Assembly (NCBI GenBank): GCA_009914755.4
Contig: CP086569.2
Location: 416,001 to 480,000 of the forward strand
DNA from: the human T2T-CHM13v2.0 reference genome, Homo sapiens
Direction of reading: 5' to 3'
Length of the DNA: 64,000 nucleotides
Part shown: in pieces, positions 1 to 14,130 of the stretch
Layout: each line of letters begins with the position of its first letter
How positions within the stretch are numbered: position 1 is the stretch's first letter
Notes under the pieces: generated by a model
The model's database searches: none
Told to the model about the DNA's origin: nothing
Seen by the model: only the letters and a program-made list of their open reading frames with translations
Translations under genes and position numbers: made by a program

Positions 1-297
1 CTACCTACCTACCAATAATCTTTCTACCTATGTATCATATTCTCTATATCTATCTATCTACCTGTCTATCATATACCTACCTACCTATCTATCTACCAGT
101 CATCTTATCTATCCATCATATTATCTGTCTACCTATTTATCTATCCATCTATGTATCAATCATCTTTATCTATCATATTATCTATCATCTATCATGTATC
201 AATATATCATCTGTCATCTATCTATTTTCTATCATCTTCTCTATCTTATTCTCTATCTATCTCTCTACCTACCAATCAGCTTATCTATCAACCATAT

Positions 298-350
<53 letters not shown>

Positions 351-427
351 CCTATCTATCTATCATCTTCTCTATCATATTCTGTATCTACCTGTCTCTA
401 CCTACCAATCGGCTTATCTATCAACCA

Positions 428-460
<33 letters not shown>

Positions 461-540
461 CCTATCTATCATCTTCTCTATCGTATTCTGTATCTACCTG
501 TCTCTCTACCTACCAATCAGCTTATCTATCAACCATATTC

Positions 541-585
<45 letters not shown>

Positions 586-650
586 TATCTTATCTATCTA
601 TTATCTGTCTATCTACTTGTCTTCCTATCTATCTGAAACTCTATGTTTAA
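1..650. repeat. (TATC)n/(GATA)n-family microsatellite with higher-order periodicity of about 110-135 bp
   Basis: Continuous ctatctatc runs. The motif ctacctaccaatc[a/g]gcttatctatcaaccatatt recurs at about 264, 398 and 508. Confidence 0.9.
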
Positions 651-918
651 AACTCTGACTTCTAAAAACATTATAATAGACATTATTAATGAACACCTAT
701 TGTATGCCAGCCTTTGCTTATCTTATTTCTTTTTCTTCATGCCTGTTTTGAAAGATAGATATTATCCCTGTTTTGCAAAGTGATGTTCAGAAATAAATGG
801 TTTGACAAGAGTCACATTAGCCAATAAACCCTTCAGCCTGGTTCAGTCTTGAAGCTTTCTGAGGATGAAGATAGCTTTACTACACCATTGGTTTACCAAG
901 TAGGGATGATGTGAGGGT

Positions 919-1220
919 GTTTGTTTGTTTGTTTGTTTGAGACAGAGTCTCACTCTGTCACCGCAGGCTGGGGTGCAGTGGCGCGATCTCGGCTCATGAA
1001 ACTTCCACCTCCCAGGTTCAAGCAATTCTCCTGCTTCAGCCTCCCAAGTAGCTGGGATTACAGGAACTCACCGCCATGCCTGGCTAATTTTTGTGTTTTT
1101 AGTAGAGACGGGGTTTCACCACGTTGGCCAGGCTGGTCTCAAACTCCTGACCTTAGGTGATCCACCCACCTCGGCCTCCCAAATTGCTGGGATTACAGGC
1201 ATGAGCCACCGCGCCCGACC
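919..1220 (-). mobile_element. Alu SINE, full length
   Basis: Reverse complement of the Alu consensus, running from the (TTTG)n/poly-T tail through gagacagagtctcactctgtcacc to ...gcgcccgacc. Confidence 0.95.
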
Positions 1221-2259
1221 GAGGGTTCATGTTTAAAATGCAGATTCCCTTAGACGTTGGTGTGCCTGCACGTGCGTGTGACTATAAAGAAACAGAATGA
1301 GAAAAATTGGGGGAGGCGATAGAACTATTCTGTATCTCGAACATGATGCCATTTACATGTTTCAAAAATGTGTTGAAGTTCATAGAACTGCATATCATGA
1401 AAATCAATTTTATAGTATGATAATTTAAAATGTATTTTTTTTGAAAATGTAAAAAACAAAAAAAGCAGATTCCTAAATCCTATTCCAACCCTACTGAAAC
1501 ATAATCTCTCTTTTAAACAAGATGCCACATAACGGACACACTTCCCGAGAATGTAAAGTCTTATTCTGCATTCATCAGAAGGTGAATGTCTACAAGGCCT
1601 ATTTTATTGAATTTTTTTTTGTTACCTGCATGCATTCTTTCCATCTTCAGCGAAAGATGCAAAACGTATATTTGTAAATTAACTTTCCTGAAACTCCCCT
1701 CTGACCACCATTGTTTCCCCGCTAAGTGCGATTTTTATCCACAGTGATCCTTCCATGGTTTTTGCCAGGTGGCAGCGTTTTGATCAAAAGGACGCCTTTC
1801 ATGTCAAATAAATAAACCATCGCGTCTCACGGTTGTCCAGATTCCTGCTCGGTTTTTACAAAGCTTCTTTCAACTGGTGCCTGCAAGCCTTTCTCCGGGC
1901 ATTTTCTTTCTACAACGGGTTGGATGTACACGGATCAAACTGAAAGGAGAGGGAGGAGGAAGCGTGCGTGATGAGCCAGGAAAGATGCTTTAGGTATGTG
2001 ACTGTTAGAGCCCGGTGACATGAGGTGATACAGAGTCTGTGACTGCACTGTGCCAACGCCCTCGTGAAAATCAATATTCCTGTAACTGATTCTGCAACTT
2101 GGAATGACGTGTTTTCAATTAAGGCACTGTTGACATTGGGGGCCAGGTAATTCTCCGTGGTGGGAGCTGTCCTATATACTGTAGGATACTCAGCAGCGTC
2201 CCTGAGCTCTACCCACTAGAAGCTAGTAGTATCTGTCACCTCCTCCCTGGTCGTGATAA

Positions 2260-2620
<361 letters not shown>

Positions 2621-3059
2621 CGGACTCAAATTTTTCTCCACTCTTCTCATGTCCAGAGAAAACAGCAAAGGCATAATTTGTATTAACTTTGAGATTACCA
2701 ATAAATTTTGGTGAATAAGCAAATTTGCAAATACAGAGTCTGTCCACAATGAGGAAGTACTGTACCCATGAAGACTACAGGGCCCTAAAAAATTGCTATG
2801 CAGTGGGATCCCTAATATTGCTCTCTCAGGTGAGTAGGAGCTGCCCCCATTGTGGTCTGAATGTAGGGTTCTCTCCCAAATTCTTATGTTGAACTCTTCA
2901 TCCCCAAGATGATGACGTTAAGAAGTGGGGCCTTTGGGGGGTGATGAGGTCATGAGAGCGGAGCCTTCTGAATGGGATTAGTGCCCTTATAAAAGGGATC
3001 CTAGAGAGCTCACTTGTCCCTTCCACCGTGTGAGGACACACCAAGAAGTCACCGTCTAT

Positions 3060-4920
3060 GAAACAGGATAGGTAGGTGGGTGGAGGGATGAGTGAATGGA
3101 TGGATGGAAGAGTGGACAAATGGATGGATGATGGATGGGTGAGTGGGTGGATTAATTGTTGTATAGATGGATAGATGGTTGGATGGATAGACGGATGAGC
3201 AGATGAATGGATGGATGAATGGATGAGTGGATGGGTGGATGGAAGAGTGGACAGATGGATGGGTGAGTGGGTGGATTAATGGTTACATAGATGGCTGGAT
3301 GGGCTGACGGATGCATGATGGATAAGCAGATGAGTGGATGGATGAATGGATGGGTGAATGGATGGATGGGTGGATGGGTGGATGGAAGAGTGGACAGATG
3401 GATGGGTGAGTGGGTGGATTAATGGTTACATAGATGGCTGGATGGGCTGACGGATGCATGATGGATAAGCAGATGAGTGGATGGATGAATGGATGGGTGA
3501 ATGGATGGATGGGTGGGTGGGTGGATGGAAGAGTGGACAGATGGATGGGTGAGTGGGTGGACTAAAGGTTGTATAGATGGCTAGATGGACAGATGGATGA
3601 GCAGATGAGTGGATGGATGAATGGATGGATGAATGGATGGAGGGATGGATGGATGGATAGATGGATGGAAGTGTGGACAGACGGATGGGTGAGTGGGTGG
3701 ATTAATGATTGTATAGATGGCTGGATGGGTAGATGGATGCATGATGGATGAGTAGATGAATAGACGGATGAATGGATGGGTGGATGGATGGATGGAAGAG
3801 TGGACAGATGGATGAGTGAGTGGGTAGATTAATGGTTGTATAGATGGTTGGATGGATAGATGGATGCATGATGGATGAGCAGATGCGTGGATGGATGGAA
3901 TGATGGGTGGATGGGTGTATGCATGGATGGATAGATGGATAGCTGGATGAGTGGATGGATGGATGGGTGGATTAATGGTTGTATAGATGGCTGGATGGGT
4001 AGATGGATGTATGATGGATAAGCAGATGACTGGATGGATGGATGGGTGGATGGGTGTATGGATGGATGGATGGGTGGATGGATAGCTGGATGGGTGGATG
4101 GATGGGTGAATTAATGGATGATGGATGATGGATGAGTGAATGGGTAGATGGGTGGGTGGATAGATGATAAATGGGAATGGGTGGATGGATGGGTGGTAGA
4201 TAGATTGATGAGTGGATAGATGGATACATGATAGATGGGTGGATGGGTGGATCAATGGGCAGATAGATGGATGAGTGGATAGGTGTATAGATGGGTGTAG
4301 GGGTAGAGGAATGGATTGATGATGGATGGGATGATGGATGGATAATGAATGAGTGGATGGGTGGATGGATGAATGGGTGAATGAGTGGATGGATGGGTGG
4401 ATGAGTGGATCAATGGGCAGGTGGATGAGTGGATGAAAGGTTAGATGAGTGGATGGATGGGTGTATGAGTAGATAGATGGATGAATGATGAATGATTGGA
4501 TAGATGGATGGGTGGGTGGATGCATGGATGGATGGATGGGTATATGAGTAGATGGATGGATGGTGGATGGATAAATGGATGGATGATGGATGAGTTAATG
4601 GGTGGATAGATGGATGGACAGATGGGTGGATGCATGGATGGATGGGTGGATGGATGGATGGGTGGGTAGGTGGATGGATGGATAGGTGGGTAGGTGAATG
4701 AGTGGATGGCTGGGTGGATAAATGAGTGGATGGATGAATGGGTGGACAGATAAGTGGATGGGTCGATTAGTAAATGGATGTATGGATGGACGGATGTGTT
4801 TGTGAATGGAAAGATGGATGAATGGATAAGTAGGTGGGTGGATGGTTGTATGAATGAATAGGTGGATGCATAGGTGAATGGATGAATGAACAGGTGGATG
4901 GGTATGTGGATGAACGAGAG
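3060..4920. repeat. (GGAT)n/(TGGA)n-family complex microsatellite of about 1.9 kb with a higher-order unit of about 130-150 bp
   Basis: ggatggatgaatggatgggtg runs. The block aagagtggacagatggatgggtgagtgggtggattaatggtt recurs at about 3243, 3397, 3525, 3675 and 3797. Confidence 0.9.
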
Positions 4921-5109
4921 ATAGATGAGTAGATAAGTCCAGACATGATTTTTACTCTATGTGTTCCTGTTTACTTTGCCTTTGCCTCGTCGTCTTCCAA
5001 GACAATATATTGGTTTGCAGATATTCAGGAAATTATTTTAGAAATGTGCTTTGGGAACAACATAGACACACTCTGAATAAAGGCAGAGTCCTCCTAAAGA
5101 AGACTCATG

Positions 5110-5775
5110 TCTTTTTTTTTATTATTATACTTTAAGTTTTAGGGTACATGTGCACAACGTGCAGGTTCGTTACATATGTATACATGTGCCATGTTGGTGT
5201 GCTGCACCCATTAACTCATCATTTAACATTAGGTATCTCTCCTAATGCTATCCCTCCCCCATCCCCACACCCCACAACAGGCCCTGGTGTGTGATGTTCC
5301 CCACGCTGTGTCCATGTGTTCTCATTGTTCATTTCCCACCTATGAGTGAGAAAATGCGGTGTTTGGTTTTTAGTCCTTGTGATAGTTTGCTGAGAATGAT
5401 GGTTTCCAGCTTCATCCATTTCCCTACAAAGGACATAAAATCATCATTTTTTATGGCTGCATAGTATTCCATGGTGTATATGTGCCACATTTTCTTTATC
5501 CAGTTTATCATTGTTGGACATTCGGGTTGGTTCCAAGTCTTTGCTATTGTGAATAGTGCCTCAATAAACATACGTGTGCATGTGTCTTTATAGCAGCATG
5601 ATTTATACTCCTTTGGGTATATATCCAGTAATGGGATGGCTGGGTCAAATGGTATTTCTAGTTCTAGATCCCTGAGGAATCGCCACACTGACTTCCGCAA
5701 TGGTTGAACTAGTTTACAGTCCCAGGAAGACTCATTTCTTATCCACTCCCCCGAGATAACTGCCATTGTCACTTA
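5110..5775 (-). mobile_element. L1 LINE 3' end (young L1PA-like): ORF2 C-terminus plus 3' UTR, antisense
   Basis: Poly-T at 5112-5122, then the reverse complement of the canonical L1 3' UTR (ttaagttttagggtacatgtgcacaacgtgcaggtt...). The minus-strand ORF 5329..5772 translates to the L1 ORF2 tail (...IPLLDIYPKE...MFIEALFTIAKTWNQPECPTMINWIKKMWHIYTMEYYAAIKND...). Confidence 0.9.
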
Positions 5776-5959
5776 ATACCCTTCCAGAACATTTTCCACA
5801 CATTTAGACACATTTGGACCTGTTGTTGCATGTGTGTGACTTGTGAAAACATTCATAGAGTCACGTTGTATTGTTGCTTGTAGATTCCCCAAGTTACTTT
5901 TCTCACTCAACAACCTGTGTTGGAGATATTCCCCACCAGCACACAGAGGTCCACTTTCT

Positions 5960-6260
5960 CATTTTATCTGTTCGATGTGATCCACAGTATGGATCCATCA
6001 AGTCCCCCGTTGGGCGAACAATTAGAGTCTGCCCGTTTTTCTGCTATCAGAGTCATTGCTGCAACAAGCATGCTTCCCCATGCTACGTCGTGCCTGAGTA
6101 TGAGAGTTTCTCCAGGGTAGACACTTAGAAGTGGGATTGCCTGGTCAGAAGAAAACCTGCACTTAATTGTCGTGGACAGCACTGACTTTCCCTCCAATCT
6201 GTGGTTCCAATTTCCCGTCCCACATAAGGAGATAATTGCCTTACATCCTGCAACCACTTG
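5960..6260 (-). mobile_element. Possible older, diverged L1-like ORF2 fragment
   Basis: The minus ORF 5964..6257 has weak similarity to the same L1 ORF2 C-terminal block (AIPLLSVYPGE...AAMTLIAEK...). It is too diverged to be certain. Confidence 0.3.
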
Positions 6261-6579
6261 CCACGATCACACTTTGCAATGTTTTTGCTATTATAAGCAA
6301 TTGAGCAATGACACGCTCTTTTCTTTTTAACTTGTAAAAATTTATTATAGAAAGGAAAAGGCAGAGAACAGCCATAGAAAGGACAAATAATGGCATGTGT
6401 TACTAGTCATTCCTGTTAGGAAATTAACAGGGGAAACAGTGTAGGAAATGCTACTTGTGATGATAGTACTGCAATGTATTGAATACTTACCATGTGCAAT
6501 GAGACAGTCTTGTCTCTGCTGCCTCATAAGACTCTCTCAGCTGCCTGCACTCCCTATAGTGCTGCTAACATTGTGTTTT

Positions 6580-8640
6580 ACACAGCCATATACAGATATA
6601 AAAAATATATAATATATATTTTATAGATAATATAATTATATATAACTATATAAAATTACATAATATATAATAAATTATATATTATAGATAATATATAATA
6701 ATTATAAATATAGATAATATATAATAATTATAAATATTATAGATAATATATAATAATTACATATTATAGATAATATACAATAATTACATATTATAGCTAA
6801 TATATAATAATTACATATTATAGATAATATACAATAATTACATATTATAGCTAATATATAATAATTACATATTATAGATAATATGTAATAATTATAAATA
6901 TTATAGATAATATATAATTACATATTATAGATAATATATAATAATTATAAATATTATAGATAATATATAATAATTACATATTATAGATAATATACAATAA
7001 TTACATATTATAGATAATATATAATAATTACATATTATAGATAATATATAATAATTATAAATATTATAGATAATATATAATAATTACATATTATAGATAA
7101 TATATAATAATTATATTATAGATAATATATAATAATTACATATTATAGATAATATATAATAATTATATTATAGGTAATATATGATAATTATATATTATAG
7201 ATAATATATGAAAATAATTATATATTATAGATAATATATGATAATTATATATTATAGATAATATATGATAATTATATATTATAGATAATATATGATAATT
7301 ATATATTATAGATAATATATAATTACATACAATATATATTTTATATAAAATATATAATTACATATATTTTATATAAATATATAATTACATATATTTTATA
7401 TAATATATAATTACATATATTATATAAAATATATAATTACATATAATACATCTTTTATATAAAATATATATTATATATAACATATAATTATAATATATTA
7501 TATAACTATATCTTTTATAATATAAAATATTATATATAATATATAATATATAATTATATATTATACATGCTTATAAAATATAATATATAGTATATTATGT
7601 TATCAAATATATAATATATTATATGATATATAATATAATATATAATTATATATTATATATGCTTACAAAATATATTATAAAATATAATATATAGCATATT
7701 TTATATTATCAAATATATTATATAATATATAATATCATATATTATCATCTATATCATATATATCAATTACATATATCATATATAAAATATAATATATAAT
7801 ATCTATTGTATAATATAATATATGATATAATGTATTATATCATGTATAATATATCATGTATAATATATTATATTATATCATGTATAATATAATATATCAT
7901 GTAATAATATAATATATTATATCATGTATAATATAATATATTATATCATGTATAATATAATACACATTATATATTATATCATGTATAATATAATACACAT
8001 TATATATTATATCATGTATTATATAATACACATTATATATTATATCATGTATTATATAATACACATTATATATTATATCATGTATTATATAATATATAGT
8101 ATATTGTATCATGTATTATATAATATATAGTATATTGTATCATGTATTATATAATATATAGTATATTGTATCGTGTATTATATAATATATAGTATATTGT
8201 ATCGTGTATTATATAATATATAGTATATTGTATCGTGTATTATATAATATATAGTATATTGTATCGTGTATTATATAATACATAGTATATTATATCGTGT
8301 ATTATATAATACATAGTATATTATATCGTGTATTATATAATACATAGTATATTATATCGTGTATTATATAATACATAGTATATTATATCGTGTATTATAT
8401 AATATATAGTATATTATATCGTGTATTATATAATATATAGTATATTATATCGTGTATTATATAATATATAGTATATTATATCGTGTATTATATAATATAT
8501 AGTATATTATATCGTGTATTATATAATATATAGTATATTATATCGTGTATTATATAATATATAGTATATTATATCGTGTATTATATAATATATGATATAA
8601 TATATAATTATATAAAAATATATAATTATATATTATATAT
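6580..8640. repeat. AT-rich minisatellite blocks (several sub-arrays, periods of about 26-38 bp)
   Basis: Tandem units tatagataatatataataattacata (6600-7300), tatatcatgtataatataatat (7860-8100) and tattgtatcgtgtattatataatatatagta (8100-8580). Confidence 0.85.
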
Positions 8641-8684
8641 AAAACGATGTATACATAAAATATATATATACACACTATATATAT

Positions 8685-9322
<638 letters not shown>

Positions 9323-9349
9323 TGAGAATGAGCTGGCTCTGGAAAATCA

Positions 9350-9545
9350 AGGCAGGAGGATCACTTGAGTCCAGGAGCTCAAGACCAGCCTGGGCAACAC
9401 AGCAAGACCCCTATCTCTCTCTAAAAAAAAAAAAAAATTAGCAAGCATGGTGGTGAATGCCTGTGGTTTCATCAGTGAGGTGTGATCATGCCGCTGTACT
9501 CGAGCCCGAGGAACAGAGCAAGACCCTGTCTTGGGGGGGAAGAAA
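9350..9545 (+). mobile_element. Alu fragment, older and 5' truncated
   Basis: aggcaggaggatcacttgagtccaggagctcaagaccagcctgggcaacacagcaagacc, an A-rich linker, then a diverged right-arm-like segment. Confidence 0.65.
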
Positions 9546-10051
9546 CCCAAAAAAACAGAGAAAGAATAAACTATCATAATGCTTAATTTTGTGTGCATTT
9601 ATTTAGCAGTGGGAACCAAATTGGCCTCCCCTAGGTAATTCAGCTATTCGTCTGAATTATGTGGGTTACTGTGTTACAGTCATCTCTTGTTTGATTTTAG
9701 TGAAACTGACTTAATTTTGCATACAAAAGCTGGTTCTAGGATCCTACCCCCCCAAGACAGGTTAGTTATGACGGGCAATCTCTCGACCTCATGCCTGACA
9801 TCTTACATGTGTCGAGAAATCAAGAAGGTCGAAATATAAGTGGAGAGGTTGACGCTCCATTCTGGGGCAGCCCTGTAACTGTCCACCAATGTTGTGTCTG
9901 AGCTGGGCTGTGTCCATGAGCTTCCTGTTGTATTCTAGGGGCTCATAAGTTCAGAAAGATACTCAAATGGGGAGTTTTGTCCTGATGAAACCCAGGATGG
10001 AATACAGGACAAAAAAATACATTAATATTTGAGTCTTCTTAAGAAAGTCTA

Positions 10052-10350
10052 GGCCGGGCGCGGTGGCTCACGCCTGTAACCCCAGCACTTTGGGAGGCCG
10101 AGGATGGAGGATCGCCTGAGGTCAGGTGTTCGAGACCAGCCTGGCCAACATGGTGAAACCCTCTTTCTACTAAGGATACGAAAATTAGCCAGGAGTTGGG
10201 GCGGGTTCCTGTCATCCCAGCTACTCGGGAGGCTGAGGCAGGAGAATTGCTTGAATCCTGGGAGGCGGAGGTTGCAGTGAGCTGAGATTGTGCCACTGCA
10301 CTCCAGCCTGGATGATGACAAACTCTGTCTCAAAACAAAACAAAACAAAA
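10052..10350 (+). mobile_element. Alu SINE
   Basis: ggccgggcgcggtggctcacgcctgtaaccccagcactttgggagg ... (caaaa)n tail. Confidence 0.95.
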
Positions 10351-10899
10351 AGTGGAAACTGGAAACAGCTTTTATGCTCTTTTATTTCAATAGTTTACAG
10401 AACCCAGGATGGTATCCAATGAGAGCTTGCATTCAGGCATGGGGAAGACACCGTTGAGAAGAATGAAAATGATTACAATCATGCAGAAAAAGAAACTTGG
10501 GCACCCAAAACACACCCAGGAAAATGAGGGAAGGGAAAGTATTTGAATTTGACTAGCAATGACAAGCCGCAGATACATGAGCTCAGAGGACTGTGGCTGG
10601 ACAGACATCAAGGGTGGACAGAACCCAGCCTGTCAGGACTGACACCCTAGGGTTGTCCGTCTACAAATCGGCTCCTGATTGGTCTACCGGGGACTGTGGT
10701 CCACGGTCATTGAAAAATATGTCATGGAGGCTCCACGTACACTCAAGCTGTGGGCAGACAGTTCCATGATGGGACTGCACCTCGTATCAGAAAGGGCCTC
10801 CCATCCTCCCCTTCTTTAATTCCACCCTTCTGACGTCCGACTACTTCACTCCATACAACCACATGTCCTCAAGACAATGGGCAACGGATGCCGTTTGGT

Positions 10900-12200
10900 T
10901 CAGTGGAGGCAAGAAACATGATTTATGAATGTTGTTTACGTTTTAACAATTTAAATTTATGTTTATTATATTAAATATAATTTTATATTTTTATAATGAA
11001 TATAAAAATTATTATATTTTAAATAGTTTAAAAATATGAAATTATTTTAATTTTATAAATATATTAAACGTATTTGTGTTTTTATAAAATATATAAAATT
11101 ATATATTTATAATTTTTAAAATATAAAATTATTTTAATTTTATAAATATATTTATAGTTTTTATAAATATATTAATAAACATATTTCTATTTTATAAAAT
11201 ATATAAAATTATATATTTATAATTTTATAATATATCTAATAAATATATTATAATATCATATAACATATTATATATCATAATATATAGCTAATAAATATAA
11301 TATATAATATATACTAAAATATTTAATAAAGATGTTTTTAAATATAAAATATATATTATTTATTTATATAAATACATATTTTATATATTTATAATTAATA
11401 TATAAAATATTGGTATAAAATAATTTATTAAAATAATTTAAATTTTCATAATTTAAATTATATTTATTATATTAAATGTAATAACTTCATATGTTTATAA
11501 TTAATATAAAATATTTATTAAACAATAATTTATTCTAAAAGCTCTCAGAATTTCAAAGCTAATATTTGACTTTTTAAAAAATTAAGTGCTAAGTTTGTAT
11601 AAAAATTTTAATATGACATAAAATTTTTATTTCTATAATTAATATAAAAATACTTATTGTATTTTTAATAAATAATTTTGAAAATATTAATTGTATTTTT
11701 AATATTTTGAAAATATTACAAAAATATTTTAATTTTATAATATGTTAACAAATATGTTAAATATACTTACAATTTTATAAATATATTATAATAAATATAT
11801 TAAATATATTATAAATATAAATATATAATATAACAAATATGTTAAAATATAAATATATAACACATATATTAAAATATTAGGAAATATATTATAATTGTAT
11901 TTTAAAGATTTTATAGGTTTATAATTAATATATAAAATATTTATTAAAATAATTTATTATAATTATTTAATTTTAATAATTTAAATTTAAATTTATTATA
12001 TTAAATATAATAATTTTATATTTTTACAATTAATATGAAAATATTTATTAAGTAATAATTTATTCTGACAGCTCTCAGAATTTCAAAGCTAATACTTGAC
12101 TTGTTTCTTTAAAAAAACTAAACTATTTGACTTGCTTCTTAAAAAAAAACAAGCACTAAGAGTTTGTATAAAAAATCTTAATATGACATAAAAATGAATG
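10900..12200. repeat. AT-rich low-copy tandem repeat, unit about 515 bp, about 2.5 copies
   Basis: The segment atttaaatt(t)atatttattatattaaat...ataatttattct[a/g]a[a/c]agctctcagaatttcaaagctaata[t/c]ttgact...aagtgctaag...tttgtataaaaa...ttaatatgacataaaa recurs at about 11440-11640 and about 11950-12200. The same opening is at about 10915. Confidence 0.7.
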
Positions 12201-13559
12201 CCAGAGAGTCCATACATCAGAAGTCCAGATAAGCTCTTTTTTTGGCATGTGGGATTTTTATTCATAAATTTTTTTAACTCTTTATACACCTCATCATACG
12301 TTTTCGTGTTGAGGATTTCCTTTGACGTTCTCATTGGCTGTTGGAGCAAGATAAGATCCCATTTGGGGCTGTCATGCATGAGCCCCTTTGCTGAGGATGT
12401 GCAGAATGGGGTGTCTGAGGTCTACCTGCGTGGAACCAGGTGCACCTGCCGATCTTGCTGACACGCAAGGGAATTTTGCACGTTCATCAACAGGCAAATG
12501 AATCCCCGCGTCTTTAAGGGCCTGCTACAGTTAATAGATGATCCACCGTGTCATGTCACAGCCCAGATGAGTGACAAGCCAGTGCCGACAGAGAGTGACA
12601 TGTGTCTGTCACTTTGCTGACAGCCCTGGCACATTCTGCAAAATGCCTCAGCTCCTGCTGCCTAATTTTCTGCTGTGAGAGCCAGGTGGCTTCCTTTGGT
12701 CTCCACAGGAAACAAAATGTCTCAGAAATCTTTCCCCAAAGCACAGGCTTCATACATTCATGGGGTCTCACCGTGTTGGGAGAACGGTGGCAGAATCAGA
12801 AAGGTGACGGGGGCTAGCTGGGAACACCTGTGTGCGGATTCTTCAGAATCTGTAACAGCCTGGTTTGCAGACTCAAGGGGACTGTGGGCACTGGGAGATT
12901 CCTGAAGGCAGGTGGGTGGTTGGAAGGATGTGAAAAGATTCAGTTGGATCCCAGGGGTGGTGGGTCAAAGGCATTTCCTGTGTTCACAGCTGGTTGCCAC
13001 TGACGCCTGTTGCCACGGATGCCTGGTGTACAGGGCGTGGTTCTTTTCTCAGGTGAATACCCAACAGTCAAGTTATCCCAGTCCATCTGGATCACCTGCA
13101 AACAGATGCACCATTCATGCCCCACCTCAGGTCTTGTTCTTTTCTTCAGCACACTCCTGGCTTACACCTGTGTGCTCAGATGCAGAGGTAAAGCATTTTA
13201 AGGACACCTGCAGGAATCTGTCCGGTGGCAATGACCCATTCGGGCCCAAGAAAGTGTAAGAGTGATGCCTTCTTGCTCTGCTCTCATCTGGAAGCGCCTC
13301 TCTCCCTTGCCATGGAGAGGCTGGCCATGTAATGCTCACTGTGGCTCTTTCAGATACGTCATCTCCCCATTTTAAAGATGAAGAAGAGTCAGTCTCATTC
13401 CTCAGCACCAGTAGTAACGGGGGGAGTTGGGCTGACTCCAAACCTGCTCCCAAAGATAGCACTAACAAATGCTGGTAAGGTGGTGGTCACAAAGAGTGTC
13501 ATCAACTCCAGATAGCAACCGGGTCTCCTTACCAGAAAACCTAACAGGCGTTGGTTTGA

Positions 13560-14130
13560 TAGATGCATCATTGTGTATGTCTCTATCCATCTATGCATTC
13601 TCCATCTATCCATCTATCATCTCTCCATTCACCTACTCATCTATCAATCTATCCATTCATCTATCCATTCTTTATATCTATTTCTCTATCTATCCATCTA
13701 TTTATTTATCCATCATCCGTCTGTCATCTATTTATATTCTGTCATCTCTCTTTCAATCTTCTATCTACCCTATCTATCTACTACCTAAAGCTATCTGTAT
13801 TCTATCTATCCAAACATCATCTGACTATCATCTACCTACCTACATCTATCATCTCTCTAGCTCTGTCTATATATCTATCTATATCATCTCTATATCAGTC
13901 ATCTATTCCTCTATCTATTATCTATCTATCTATCATCTATCATCTATCTACCATCTATCTATCGATACATCTATGTATCAATCATCTATCTCTCAATCAG
14001 TACATCTGTCAATGTATCAATCATCTATCTATATCAGTACATCTGTACGTATCAATCATCTATCATGTATCTATCTATACATCTGTATATCTATCTATCT
14101 CAGTACATCTGTCTACGTATCAATCATCTG
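13560..14130. repeat. (TATC)n-family complex microsatellite (pyrimidine-rich on the + strand)
   Basis: ctatccatctatgcattctccatctatccatctatcatctc... runs. Confidence 0.9.

Noticed and set aside
1235-1520. Pair of similar motifs (…aaaatgcagattccc… and …agcagattcctaaatcctattccaaccctactgaaacataatctc…) suggestive of an inverted or direct repeat
   Set aside because: They resemble a widespread old mammalian interspersed-repeat motif (…gcagattcctgggcccc…cctactgaatcagaatctc…). This is most likely a fragmented ancient repeat. I cannot name the family by eye and it has no evident local function.
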